From assembly GCA_034091205.1 (NCBI GenBank), contig JAXDRC010000015.1, forward strand, positions 15,167-79,166: 64,000 bases of DNA. Direction: 5' to 3'. This stretch comes from Parabacteroides sp. GTDB taxonomy: Bacteria; Bacteroidota; Bacteroidia; Bacteroidales; Tannerellaceae. Of this stretch, positions 17,915-29,395 are shown one piece after another. A program made the position numbers and the translations under genes. Each line of letters starts with the position of its first letter. The stretch's first letter is position 1. Below the pieces are notes generated by a model. It was given only the letters and a program-made list of their open reading frames with translations, was not told where the DNA came from and ran no database searches.

Positions 17915-19282
17915 TTATTTTACTTTACCCTTTTTCCACATTTCATTAAAACTTTCTTTGGCAAACTGAGGCATGTCATGTTCTTTCCCCCAATCGTTCA
18001 GGCCATTGTAAACCATTGAGTGCGGGAATGAATTGACCCACGGAGCACGTCCCAAAGCAAAATTAAACAACGCCGGATGTTCCATCAGCACCTTCATTCC
18101 GCCAGACATAACTCGTTTGGAAGAGCTTGCCACTCCAAAGCTATCCAACTTCTGTCGCCAACGGTAAATCTGGTCTGCAAGGTCAACTTTAGCAGGACAA
18201 ACATTCTGGCAAGAGTAACACAATGAGCAGGCTGATACATTATCATAATAGCGCAACGGAGCTTTGAGCATACCCAAATTGATGCCGATTGGTCCTGGGA
18301 TGAAATAAGTATAGGAATAACCACCGGAACGACGGTAAACCGGGCATGTGTTCATGCAGGCACCACAGCGAAGGCAGTTCAATGTCTTTACGTGTTCCTG
18401 GTCGGCAAGAATCTCGCTACGGCCGTTATCTACGATAATGATATGAAGTTCTCCTCCATTGCGAGGCTTACTATAATGAGAAGTGTAAGTGGTAATCGGC
18501 TGTCCTGTGCCTGAACGGGCCAGCAAGCGGGTAAATACGCCCAGTGCTTCCCTGTCCGGTACAATTTTTTCCAATCCAAAAGCGGCAATCTGCAACTTAG
18601 GTTGTGAAGTTCCCATATCGGCATTACCTTCGTTGGTACATACCACAAACTCACCTGTTGAAGCTACGGCGAAATTGGCGCCTGTCATAGCAGCTTCGGC
18701 TTCGATAAATTTGTGACGCAAATTCTTGCGGGCTGCATGTGTAAGATAAGTCTGGTCGTTGTTTCCCGGTTCCGTTCCCATTTCCTTCACAAACAGTTCA
18801 CCGATTTCTTCTTTCTTTATATGAATTGCCGGCACAACAATATGGCTTGGTTTCTTGTGCATGAGCTGAAGGATTCTTTCACCCAGGTCACTTTCCACCA
18901 CGTCGATACCTTTCTGAATCAGGTATTCATTCAATCCACACTCTTCAGCCAGCATGGACTTGCTTTTGATAAAGTGATGTACATTATGTCCGTGAAGAAT
19001 ATCATAAACAATAGAACAATACTCATCGGCATCTTTTGCCCAATACACGTGTGCTCCGTTTGCCTGAGCATTTTTCTCAAATTCCTCGAGGAGCTGGTCA
19101 AGGTGGCTGTTGCTGTACATCTTGATAGCTGAAGCCATGTCACGCAAATGCTCCCATTCCGGTACATCCCGGCTTATTTTATCGCGTTTGGCACGCATCA
19201 TCCACAAAGTCTGGTCGTGCCAGGCTGCCAGTTTCTTATTCTCCTGAAACTTCTCGGCAGCTTTTGAATGTTTCGTACTCAT
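17915..19282 (-). CDS. lutB: lactate utilization protein B (4Fe-4S, LUD domain)
   Basis: Two ferredoxin-type motifs, CLRCGACMNTCPVY and CSLCYSCQNVCPA. It overlaps lutA by 4 nt. Confidence 0.85.
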   Translation of the reverse strand: MSTKHSKAAEKFQENKKLAAWHDQTLWMMRAKRDKISRDVPEWEHLRDMASAIKMYSNSHLDQLLEEFEKNAQANGAHVYWAKDADEYCSIVYDILHGHNVHHFIKSKSMLAEECGLNEYLIQKGIDVVESDLGERILQLMHKKPSHIVVPAIHIKKEEIGELFVKEMGTEPGNNDQTYLTHAARKNLRHKFIEAEAAMTGANFAVASTGEFVVCTNEGNADMGTSQPKLQIAAFGLEKIVPDREALGVFTRLLARSGTGQPITTYTSHYSKPRNGGELHIIIVDNGRSEILADQEHVKTLNCLRCGACMNTCPVYRRSGGYSYTYFIPGPIGINLGMLKAPLRYYDNVSACSLCYSCQNVCPAKVDLADQIYRWRQKLDSFGVASSSKRVMSGGMKVLMEHPALFNFALGRAPWVNSFPHSMVYNGLNDWGKEHDMPQFAKESFNEMWKKGKVK

Positions 19283-20019
19283 AATCCTGCTGCTAAAACT
19301 TCAACGATATGAATAGTTTTGATAGGTAATTTTTCCCGGGAAATGATTCCGCTCTGATGCATCAGGCAAGAACCGTCGGCTCCTACAATATATTCAGCCC
19401 CAGTGTCAATATGGCGCTGAACCTTGTCGCGTCCCATCTGTCCGGACACAGAATGCTCTTCAACTGAGAACATACCGCCAAAGCCACAACATTCATCAGG
19501 ACGTTCCGGCTCAACAACCTCAATTCCTTTTACAAGGGAAAGTAAATCACGAAGTTTATTATAATAAGGTATGTTCAATTCACTAGGGGAAGAAAGGTGC
19601 ATCAGGCGAACGCCGTGACAACTGTTCTGGAGACTCACTTTATGAGGGAAAGATGCCTGCAATGAAACAGGCTTTACAACATCATGGATAAACTCGCAAA
19701 TATCATAAATTTTCTCTTCACTGGCACAACGATGTGGCTCTTTAGCCAACAGGTTGCCATAATGGTCACGTACAAAAACTACGCAACTTGCCGATGGGCC
19801 AACAATGTAATCATACTGTTCAAAAAGCCGGTCAAAACGTTTGGCTAGCTCTACAGACTCATTTTCAAACCCCGCATTTGCCATTGGTTGTCCGCAGCAA
19901 GTCTGGTCCAACGGATAATCAACATCAACTCCAAGACTTTTCAGCAACTTAAAAGAAGCTACTCCCACCTGTGGATAAACGGCATTGATATAACAGGGAA
20001 TAAATAATCCTACTTTCAT
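19279..20019 (-). CDS. lutA: lactate utilization protein A ((Fe-S)-binding, two CCG cysteine-rich domains)
   Basis: CCG motifs DQTCCGQPMANAG and PDECCGFGGMFS. Confidence 0.85.
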   Translation of the reverse strand: MKVGLFIPCYINAVYPQVGVASFKLLKSLGVDVDYPLDQTCCGQPMANAGFENESVELAKRFDRLFEQYDYIVGPSASCVVFVRDHYGNLLAKEPHRCASEEKIYDICEFIHDVVKPVSLQASFPHKVSLQNSCHGVRLMHLSSPSELNIPYYNKLRDLLSLVKGIEVVEPERPDECCGFGGMFSVEEHSVSGQMGRDKVQRHIDTGAEYIVGADGSCLMHQSGIISREKLPIKTIHIVEVLAAGL

Positions 20020-20055
20020 ATACCTAAATATGTTTTAGTCTTCTTTTCTGTTGGG

Positions 20056-20085
20056 CAAAAGTAAAAGGTTTTATTTGGAAACAAA
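20056..20085 (-). promoter_or_regulatory. candidate promoter for lutABC
   Basis: On the minus strand, TACTTTTG (exact TAnnTTTG) is at 20063-20056 and TTTG at 20085-20082, with an 18-nt spacer. This lies 37 nt upstream of the lutA ATG. Confidence 0.45.
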
Positions 20086-20117
20086 AATTTCAAACAATTT
20101 TTTGAACTGGATTTAAG

Positions 20118-20196
20118 AACGAGAAACGGAATATTACAGAACTTCAAGGGAATACATAAATAAATTTTTTCACCTTGCCGACTTGTCTATGAAGCC
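20118..20196. repeat. decayed TTGACAAG-family element
   Basis: AACGAGAAACGGAATATTACAGAACTTCAAGGG, a loop, then CACCTTGCCGACTTGTCTATGAAGCC. Compare CCTTGTCAACTTGTATCTGAAGCC at 11556. Confidence 0.5.
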
Positions 20197-20273
20197 TTAT
20201 GTCAGAGATAAAAAAAAGAGACAGCCTCTTTCCTTTCAGAGACAGCCTCTTTTCCTCAATGTATTATGCTATT

Positions 20274-21167
20274 TCAACATTTTATACTTAGTTCTCTAAG
20301 TACATCTCTTATCTTTTCATATGTCACAATACGAGTTGGAACTAATGGCAGACGCAATCTGTTCTCGATAAATCCCATCATATTCAACATACTTTTCACA
20401 CCGGCAGGATTTCCGTCAACGAAAAGAAGGCTGAAAAGTTCTGTGAAACGGTGGTGGATTGTGCGGGCACTGTCATAATCACCGGCAAGCGCAAGACGCA
20501 CCATACGGCTGAATTCACGAGGGAATGCATTGCCGATTACAGAAATAACGCCAACGGCTCCCAATGTAATCAAAGGAAATGTTATACCATCATCACCGGA
20601 AATAACACTGAAGTTCTCAGGTTTGTTCTTGATGATGTCATCCATCTGTGTGATATTGCCTGATGCCTCTTTAACTGCGATAACATTCTTGAATTCTCTA
20701 GCGATTCGCAATGTTGTTTCAGCAGTCATGTTAACACCAGTCCTGCCCGGCACATTATATAATATAACAGGCAATTCTGTAGCTTCGGCAATAGCCTTGT
20801 AATGTTGGTAGATTCCTTCCTGAGAAGGTTTATTATAATAAGGAACAACAGACAATATAGCGTCTATTCCTTCAAAATTTCCATTCTTCAAATTATCAAC
20901 GACAGCTCTTGTGCAGTTTCCGCCCACTCCAAGAACGATAGGAATTCGGCCACGAACCTTAGTGACAACCAGCTCTATGATTTTCTTTTTCTCTTCTTCA
21001 GTAAGAGTTGGTGTTTCGGCTGTTGTTCCAAGCACAACAAAATAGTCCGTTCCGTTTTGCAACTGATAGTCCACCAAACGGTCTAAAGCCTCATAATCTA
21101 CACTGCCATCTTCTTTAAACGGAGTAATCAAAGCTACTCCCATTCCTCTTAAATTTATATCAGCCAT
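20274..21167 (-). CDS. dapA: 4-hydroxy-tetrahydrodipicolinate synthase
   Basis: 297 aa with ALITPF, LGTTAE and the Schiff-base lysine context IAVKEASGN. Confidence 0.9.
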   Translation of the reverse strand: MADINLRGMGVALITPFKEDGSVDYEALDRLVDYQLQNGTDYFVVLGTTAETPTLTEEEKKKIIELVVTKVRGRIPIVLGVGGNCTRAVVDNLKNGNFEGIDAILSVVPYYNKPSQEGIYQHYKAIAEATELPVILYNVPGRTGVNMTAETTLRIAREFKNVIAVKEASGNITQMDDIIKNKPENFSVISGDDGITFPLITLGAVGVISVIGNAFPREFSRMVRLALAGDYDSARTIHHRFTELFSLLFVDGNPAGVKSMLNMMGFIENRLRLPLVPTRIVTYEKIRDVLRELSIKC

Positions 21168-21222
21168 AAGTTTTTATTGACAAAATTCTAACTTTACACA
21201 CGCAAAAATAGCAAAAAATATA

Positions 21223-21750
21223 CTATTTAAAAGTAATTGTTTGCAAATAAAATAATATTTGAGAAAACAAATAATCAATTCCCGCAGCTTCTGATGTAGA
21301 AATTGTCAAATCATATAAGTCCATATCATTACTCTTTACCCCAACCTTAAACGGAGCATTATGCTTCAGAAGCATATATTGCAGTGCCGGGACTTTTCCA
21401 CATGTCAAATCTATAATAATGTCGCAGCCGGCAGAAAGGCATTTGTCAAGTTTCTCCTTCTTCGGAAAACCAAACATTGTCAAATCTTTGCCCGCCGAAA
21501 TGATTATGTCGTTTTCGGAGAGTTTTTCCGAGTTATCTCCCGTTGTGGAATAAACACACAATATCACATCCTTATTATCCGATTTTAACTGTGACAGTTG
21601 TTTGTCTATCACTTCCAAATCTGAATAAGAACAAAAGACAAGCAGACGATTAGCCTTTTGCAGAGAGCAGAATTTGCGGCAGCTACGCTCCGGCTGTTTT
21701 TTCATCTGCCTGCTAATTTCCTTTTTGATATAATACTGTGACAAAATCAT
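21223..21750 (-). CDS. hypothetical protein, translationally adjacent to ligA
   Basis: 175-aa ORF whose start lies 1 nt after the ligA stop; an alternative start is MKKQPERS. I found no recognisable motif. Confidence 0.5.
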   Translation of the reverse strand: MILSQYYIKKEISRQMKKQPERSCRKFCSLQKANRLLVFCSYSDLEVIDKQLSQLKSDNKDVILCVYSTTGDNSEKLSENDIIISAGKDLTMFGFPKKEKLDKCLSAGCDIIIDLTCGKVPALQYMLLKHNAPFKVGVKSNDMDLYDLTISTSEAAGIDYLFSQILFYLQTITFK

Positions 21751-21751
21751 A

Positions 21752-23770
<2,019 letters not shown>

Positions 23771-23817
23771 TCAATATTAATTTAAAACTTTGAGTTTTGG
23801 GAATTGTATGACTTAAT

Positions 23818-23949
23818 AGTTGACAAGGCCTCAGAGACGAGTTGACAAGGAGTTTTTTAATTGAAAATTGAAAGTTGAAAATTATAATACTCTGTGACTC
23901 TGTGTTTAAAAGCCTCGTCAACTTGTCAACTCGTTCCCTTGTCAACTAC
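23818..23949. repeat. TTGACAAG-family hairpin element with composite loop
   Basis: AGTTGACAAGGCCTCAGAGACGAGTTGACAAGG (words 22 nt apart). The loop holds a TTGAAAA stutter and a CTCTGTGACTCTGTGTTT half-element. The right arm is GCCTCGTCAACTTGTCAACTCGTTCCCTTGTCAACT. Confidence 0.85.
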
Positions 23950-23977
23950 CTTGAATAAGTTACAAACAAATCCGCTC

Positions 23978-24943
23978 CTAATATACAAATTTTACATTAT
24001 CCACCCAAAATGTATTTCCAGGAGAGCCGATATATGCTCCACCATGACTGGAAACAAACTGCAGAACAATATGAGTTGGTGTTTCGTCTGCTCCAGCCCA
24101 CCCTACTTCCTTGATAGGAACACTTTTGCCGCGGCTGTTAACTGTATATCTTTCCTCAACCTGAATACGCATATAGTCTTTATATTCCGGATTAGAAGTT
24201 ATATTACCATACAATACAGGAAATTCTGCTCCATTTACCCATCCGTTGCTCGACTTTGAAAAGCGTCGCACCATTGTTCCAACTCTTTTGGCAAAGACAT
24301 TGCCGTCCTTGTCTTCCCATCTTTTCTGCAGAAGCAAGACTACGGCAATAGAATCCTGTCCAGGAATTTTAGTTTTGCTACCGAAGCCGGTGCTTCTCAC
24401 ACGATTCATTTCAGGCATGACTTTTGTCTTATAGTCAAACTTCAATGATTTCGGGCGTTTGGTAAAAGGAACACCGCTCAACAACATACTCTGCGGGTCC
24501 TGAGTTCCCTTTATTGGCTCATGGATTGAGCCAAGGAATGTTGAACCGGCAGCAACAACCTCAATATCGATAAAGCCCAATGCTTTCACTCGTTCCATTC
24601 GGGTTTCCATTCGGACGCACCACCCGTCACCTCTCCTTTCAGGAAATACAGATGTATTTGTCTTGACAATACCGGCAATTTTTGCCATGACATTTGATGT
24701 TGCCCATGGCGAGCCGCCCTTATTGGTGTATGGAATACTTCCGACGATAGTATCAGAAGGTCCAAGTTCATATAGCAGTTTTGTGTTACCGCCTATTATT
24801 TTAGATTCTGTAATCTTGCGGACAACCCAATTGTCCATATCGCCATACTTGATAGCTTCCTCCTGAGCATCAGCAGAAGAAAAGCTGCAAACAAGCGAAA
24901 ACATACATAAAACAAAATTCTTAATTCTACCTAACCCCTTCAT
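23978..24943 (-). CDS. secreted PCMD-like (putative carbohydrate metabolism domain) protein
   Basis: 321 aa with a signal peptide. The start of the mature protein, EEAIKYGDMDNWVVRK, resembles the PCMD family as I remember it. This was not verified. Confidence 0.5.
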   Translation of the reverse strand: MKGLGRIKNFVLCMFSLVCSFSSADAQEEAIKYGDMDNWVVRKITESKIIGGNTKLLYELGPSDTIVGSIPYTNKGGSPWATSNVMAKIAGIVKTNTSVFPERRGDGWCVRMETRMERVKALGFIDIEVVAAGSTFLGSIHEPIKGTQDPQSMLLSGVPFTKRPKSLKFDYKTKVMPEMNRVRSTGFGSKTKIPGQDSIAVVLLLQKRWEDKDGNVFAKRVGTMVRRFSKSSNGWVNGAEFPVLYGNITSNPEYKDYMRIQVEERYTVNSRGKSVPIKEVGWAGADETPTHIVLQFVSSHGGAYIGSPGNTFWVDNVKFVY

Positions 24944-24979
24944 TGAACACTAATAAACTTAAAGCATGAACAAAATCTA

Positions 24980-26083
24980 CTACAAATTATATCCCCATTC
25001 CTTCAATGCCATACCCCAGTTTTCTTCAACTGCCTTAACTGTCGCATCTTCATATTTGTACTGATTCTTCTTGTAGCCTTTTTTCTTTCCCAAATAAGCT
25101 TCGATACTAGCTTTTGATTCATTGAAGTTTGGCAAATCAAGAGTTCTGTATATTTCCTCAGTCATTCCAAATGCATCTTTTTCGAAATCTTCGAATTTCA
25201 CTTCGATAAGATTGCCTTCAGGAATAAGATGTTTCTCTTCTTCATACTTATAATACAACCTTTTATAAACCTCAACGAAATTCTTTATCAGTTCTTCGTC
25301 TGAAATATTCTGAAGCATCAAAGGCTTTATTGTGTTTGTGAAGAAACTGCGTGTACTTTCATACACTGTATATGGATTACGCTTCAAATAAATAAACTTG
25401 GCATTAGGGAACATTTCCACAAGAGTCTTTACTCGTCCGGTATGTGGAGGATTCTTACTCAAATATTGTGTTCCGCCAGTATTGTAAAGCGAAACTTTCA
25501 CAAGACGCAGGAATGTGTCTTTCCAAATCTGTCTTTCACTTTCTGAAATATCATTAAATAGCAAATACTTATCACAATATTCCAACATTCTCTGAGGGAA
25601 GAACCAGAAATTATAATAAGTGTATGGCATCATATTTGACAAAGCGAATTCTTCTTCCTGAGGCAAATCCACTTTCAGTTCCATATTGTCGGTCGGACGA
25701 TGGTCCGGCATCAGAAAAGACATATTCTTCTTGAAGAATCCCTGTCCCCACAACATAAGATTCGGGAACACTGTCTGATATGTTGTTGTGTATCCGAAAT
25801 GCTTGTCGCAGGCAAAGACATTATGCACAAAAGTAGTACCGCTTCTCCAATGTCCGAGCACAAACAGAGGATCCATTTCCAACGGTTTGTCGGCAATCTT
25901 CTTATAGCGGCTATCCTCAAGTGGCTTTAACAGACTCAATAGACGGCAAACACCTTTTGTCAGTCTGTATTTGCCTTTATAACCGTCCTCTATATTCTGA
26001 TTTGCAGTAACCTTCTTGAAAGTATCCCAGTCTGCACCAACCAGAGTATTTATCGGAAGTTTGTCAAATTCAATAAGTCCCAT
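24980..26083 (-). CDS. PAPS-dependent sulfotransferase family protein
   Basis: The 5'-PSB loop is LGHWRSGTTFVHN and the 3'-PB-like motif is YLKRNPYTVYES. It lies directly downstream of cysDN and cysC. Confidence 0.8.
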   Translation of the reverse strand: MGLIEFDKLPINTLVGADWDTFKKVTANQNIEDGYKGKYRLTKGVCRLLSLLKPLEDSRYKKIADKPLEMDPLFVLGHWRSGTTFVHNVFACDKHFGYTTTYQTVFPNLMLWGQGFFKKNMSFLMPDHRPTDNMELKVDLPQEEEFALSNMMPYTYYNFWFFPQRMLEYCDKYLLFNDISESERQIWKDTFLRLVKVSLYNTGGTQYLSKNPPHTGRVKTLVEMFPNAKFIYLKRNPYTVYESTRSFFTNTIKPLMLQNISDEELIKNFVEVYKRLYYKYEEEKHLIPEGNLIEVKFEDFEKDAFGMTEEIYRTLDLPNFNESKASIEAYLGKKKGYKKNQYKYEDATVKAVEENWGMALKEWGYNL

Positions 26084-26115
26084 TATATATTAATTTAGTT
26101 CTATTACTTTAATAA

Positions 26116-26205
26116 AGTTGACAAGGCATCAGAGACAAGTTGACAAGACAAAATAACAGTAACTCATTCCCTTGTCAACTTGTTCCCTCGTCAACTCGTC
26201 AACTG
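26116..26205. repeat. TTGACAAG-family hairpin element (between cysN and sulfotransferase gene)
   Basis: AGTTGACAAGGCATCAGAGACAAGTTGACAAG (22-nt spacing), a 21-nt loop, then CCCTTGTCAACTTGTTCCCTCGTCAACTCGTCAACT. Confidence 0.85.
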
Positions 26206-26211
26206 ACTATA

Positions 26212-27642
26212 TTACTTAATTACTCTCAGTTCAACTCCGTTTTTCTCAATTTCCTTACAAACACGTTCAACGGCATCATAATGTTCTGGAGAAATGCCGA
26301 GTTCAGGCAAATTCAATGTTATTACACCATTGTCGTTCAACTGCTGATTTGCCTCAACCTTGTCGATTATCATACCAACGGCAGAGGTATTGTTTGTAAT
26401 TGGGTCTATAAGGATAAACGCGCCGGTCTGCTTGTTCTTCTTATAAGGGTCGAAGAATAATTCTTTTCCGGTTGAGAAAACAACACGGCCGATTTCGTTC
26501 AACACAAGGTGATCAACTTCTGACTGTTCCATTGTGTTCACATTCACCTTATATTTTATTCCGTCGATTCTTGCACGAGTTGTATTTGTTGTATGCTTGA
26601 TATAGAACTGCTTGCTGACATCCATCGGTTCTTCGTCCATCCACACAAGCATTGCCTCAAAGTTTCTGCCTTCATATGGTTTGTTGTCCGGATGAACAAG
26701 CATCTCACCTCTTGAGATGTCTATTTCATCTTCCAAAGTAAGAGTAACAGACATTGGAGGGAAAGCTTCTTCGATTTCTCCTTCATAAGTTACAATGCTC
26801 TTGACCTTTGATGTCTTTCCTGAAGGCAAAGCCATGACAGCATCACCCTTTCTTACAACGCCGCTTGCCACTTTGCCGCAGAAACCTCTGAAATCCAAAT
26901 TCGGACGTAAAACGAACTGAACAGGATAACGGAAATCGTCATAATTGCGGTCCTTGTCGATTGGAACATTTTCAAGATAATCAAGCAATGCCGGTCCTTC
27001 ATACCAAGGAGTGCGGTCACTCTTCTCAACAACATTGTCGCCATCGAGTGCAGACAAAGGAATGCAAGTTACATCGTCGATAGCAAGAGGGGCTACAAAC
27101 GACATATAATCTGCAACAATCTTATCAAACACTTCCTTATTGAAGTCAACCAAGTCCATCTTGTTCACTGCAAGGACAACGTGGCGTATTCCAAGCAATG
27201 ACACCAGATAAGTATGGCGACGTGTCTGAGTAATCACTCCCGTACGTGCGTCAACAAGAATAATGGCAAGGTTTGCTGTTGAACCGCCGGTAATCATATT
27301 TCTGGTATATTGCTCATGACCCGGAGTGTCAGCGATGATAAACTTTCTGTTGTTTGTGCTGAAATATCTGTAGGCAACATCAATTGTAATACCTTGCTCA
27401 CGTTCCGCCTTCAATCCGTCAAGAAGCAAAGCATAGTCAATATGGTCGCCGGCATTTCCCATTCTTTTACTGTCGCGTTCCAAAGCGTCCAGCTGGTCTT
27501 CATACAATTTCTTGCTGTCAAAAAGCAGTCGGCCAATCAATGTTGACTTTCCGTCATCCACAGAACCGGCTGTAAGCAAGCGCAACAAATCCTTCTGTTC
27601 GTCTTTATCCAAAAAGGCTTTTATATCTAGATTACTTTCCAT
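26212..27642 (-). CDS. cysN: sulfate adenylyltransferase subunit 1 (GTPase)
   Basis: G1 motif [16 protein letters not shown]3 motif DTPGHEQY and G4 motif NKMD. 476 aa with no APS kinase fusion. Confidence 0.9.
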   Translation of the reverse strand: MESNLDIKAFLDKDEQKDLLRLLTAGSVDDGKSTLIGRLLFDSKKLYEDQLDALERDSKRMGNAGDHIDYALLLDGLKAEREQGITIDVAYRYFSTNNRKFIIADTPGHEQYTRNMITGGSTANLAIILVDARTGVITQTRRHTYLVSLLGIRHVVLAVNKMDLVDFNKEVFDKIVADYMSFVAPLAIDDVTCIPLSALDGDNVVEKSDRTPWYEGPALLDYLENVPIDKDRNYDDFRYPVQFVLRPNLDFRGFCGKVASGVVRKGDAVMALPSGKTSKVKSIVTYEGEIEEAFPPMSVTLTLEDEIDISRGEMLVHPDNKPYEGRNFEAMLVWMDEEPMDVSKQFYIKHTTNTTRARIDGIKYKVNVNTMEQSEVDHLVLNEIGRVVFSTGKELFFDPYKKNKQTGAFILIDPITNNTSAVGMIIDKVEANQQLNDNGVITLNLPELGISPEHYDAVERVCKEIEKNGVELRVIK

Positions 27643-27655
27643 GATTTACAATTTA

Positions 27656-28564
27656 TTAAAAATAACCCTCACGTTTTTTCTGTTCCATACTTGCATCCTG
27701 GTCGAAATCGATAACACGAGTTGTTCTCTCGCTCTTTGTTGTTGTCATCATTTCTTCTACAATCTTTTCAATTGTATCAGCATCACTTTCAACTGCACCG
27801 GTCAGCGGCCAGCAGCCTAATGTTCTGAAACGGACTTTTCGCATCTGGATTTTATCTCTGTATTGTTCAGGCAAACGGTCATCATCTGCCATAATCAGAT
27901 TACCGTCAATTTCAACAATCGGTCTTTCTTTTGCAAAATACAACGGAACAATTGGAATGTTCTCCAATCTTATATATTGCCAGATATCCAATTCTGTCCA
28001 GTTTGACAACGGGAAAACACGGATACTCTCGCCTTTGTGAACACGTGCATTGTATATATCCCACAATTCCGGACGCTGGTTCTTTGGGTCCCACTGATGG
28101 AATTTGTCCCGGAATGAGAAAATTCTTTCCTTGGCACGACTCTTCTCTTCATCACGGCGAGCACCGCCAAAAGCCGCGTCAAATTTATATTTGTCTAATG
28201 CCTGGAGCAAAGCCTGGGTTTTCATCAAATCGGTATGTACCTTGCTTCCGTGGGTGAAAGGTCCGACACCGGCATTGAAGGCTTCCATATTTGATTCAAC
28301 AATCAAGTTCCAGCCAAATTCTTTAGCGTAATTATCACGGAACTCTATCATTTCCTTGAATTTCCATTTTGAATCAATATGCATCAAAGGGAAAGGAACT
28401 TTACCCGGGGCAAAAGCCTTTTCTGCAAGGCGCACCATCACAGATGAATCTTTTCCAATTGAATAAAGCATAACCGGATTCTCAAACTCCGCTGCTACTT
28501 CACGTATGATGTGAATTGATTCAGCCTCAAGTTCCTGTAAATGGCTTAATTTATAATCAGACAT
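27656..28564 (-). CDS. cysD: sulfate adenylyltransferase subunit 2
   Basis: PP-loop-like [10 protein letters not shown]. 302 aa, immediately upstream of cysN. Confidence 0.9.
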   Translation of the reverse strand: MSDYKLSHLQELEAESIHIIREVAAEFENPVMLYSIGKDSSVMVRLAEKAFAPGKVPFPLMHIDSKWKFKEMIEFRDNYAKEFGWNLIVESNMEAFNAGVGPFTHGSKVHTDLMKTQALLQALDKYKFDAAFGGARRDEEKSRAKERIFSFRDKFHQWDPKNQRPELWDIYNARVHKGESIRVFPLSNWTELDIWQYIRLENIPIVPLYFAKERPIVEIDGNLIMADDDRLPEQYRDKIQMRKVRFRTLGCWPLTGAVESDADTIEKIVEEMMTTTKSERTTRVIDFDQDASMEQKKREGYF

Positions 28565-28599
28565 ATTTTTGAGTTTTTAAGTTTTTAAGTTTTTGAGTT
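28565..28599. repeat. 8-nt tandem stutter (GTTTTTRA x4) in the cysD 5' leader
   Basis: TTTTTGAGTTTTTAAGTTTTTAAGTTTTTGAGTTT lies immediately upstream of the cysD start codon (on the minus strand, AAACTYAAAAAC repeats). Confidence 0.8.
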
Positions 28600-28602
28600 T
28601 AT

Positions 28603-28726
28603 AGTTGACAAGAGGACTAGTTGACGAGTTGACAAGGTTTAATACCAATCATTTCACACTTAATTATCAACAAATTCTTGTCAACTTGTTCCCTTGTCAA
28701 CTTGTTCCCTTGTTTCCTTGTCAACC
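28603..28726. repeat. TTGACAAG-family hairpin element (between cysC and cysD; last word overlaps the cysC stop)
   Basis: AGTTGACAAGAGGACTAGTTGACGAGTTGACAAGG, a loop, then TTCTTGTCAACTTGTTCCCTTGTCAACTTGTTCCCTTGTTTCCTTGTCAACC. Confidence 0.85.
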
Positions 28727-29317
28727 AAGAATCTTTTCCAAAAGCAATTTAACGGATTCCTCAACAGACAATTTTGATGTATCCAATGTCAAATCCGGAT
28801 TCTCCGGAGCTTCAAACGGAGCTGACACACCGGTAAAATCCTTTATTTCTCCTTTACGGGCACGTGCATATAAACCTTTCACGTCACGACGCTCACATTC
28901 TTCAATCGGCGTGCTTACATACACTTCCATAAAGCTGTCTTTACCGATAATACCGGCTGCCATCTTTCGCAAATCATTATTAGGACTTATGAATGCTGCA
29001 AGAGTTATAACTCCGGTTTCAACAAACAACTTTCCTACTTCTGCTATACGGCGGATATTTTCCACTCTGTCCTCAGGTGAAAAACCAAGATTATTATTTA
29101 TTCCGCTTCTTATATTATCTCCGTCGAGAATACGGCACAACAAACCACGTTTGTGCAACTCACGCTCCAAAGCTATTGCAATGGTACTTTTTCCTGAACC
29201 GCTCAGGCCTGTAAACCAAACCATCAACCCACGTTGTCCAAGCAATTCTTCCTTATCCTTTCTTGTCATCATCTTGTCGAAGATTGGATAAACATTATGA
29301 GTTTTTGTTTCCTCCAT
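28721..29317 (-). CDS. cysC: adenylyl-sulfate (APS) kinase
   Basis: P-loop FTGLSGSGKSTIA. 198 aa. Confidence 0.9.
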   Translation of the reverse strand: MEETKTHNVYPIFDKMMTRKDKEELLGQRGLMVWFTGLSGSGKSTIAIALERELHKRGLLCRILDGDNIRSGINNNLGFSPEDRVENIRRIAEVGKLFVETGVITLAAFISPNNDLRKMAAGIIGKDSFMEVYVSTPIEECERRDVKGLYARARKGEIKDFTGVSAPFEAPENPDLTLDTSKLSVEESVKLLLEKILG

Positions 29318-29395
29318 TATATTTTTGTTTTATGTTTTTCTTTATTCAAGTCATTATTTTCGGCAAGCTTAACTTCACTTGCAAACAGCAATCCC

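Noticed and set aside
20205-20255. Direct repeat AGAGACAGCCTCTTT x2 as the dapA terminator
   Set aside because: On the dapA strand it offers only 4-bp stems (AGAG/CTCT) despite a T-run. It is plausibly a weak terminator or a slippage duplication, but the support is too thin to annotate.
23818-23850. TTGACA hexamers in the repeat words as functional -35 promoter elements
   Set aside because: Bacteroidetes primary sigma factors use TTTG (-33) and TAnnTTTG (-7). No TATAAT-like box lies 17 nt downstream of the words. This is relevant only for heterologous expression in E. coli.
28605-29291. Long antisense ORFs at cysC and several other genes: 228 aa here, plus 34287-34916, 35287-35796, 32323-32847 and 61585-62067
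   Set aside because: Each lies opposite a confidently identified gene (cysC, the oxidoreductase alpha and beta subunits, the adenosyltransferase, the holin-like gene). The cysC one also reads straight through a non-coding hairpin repeat. No domains are recognisable.
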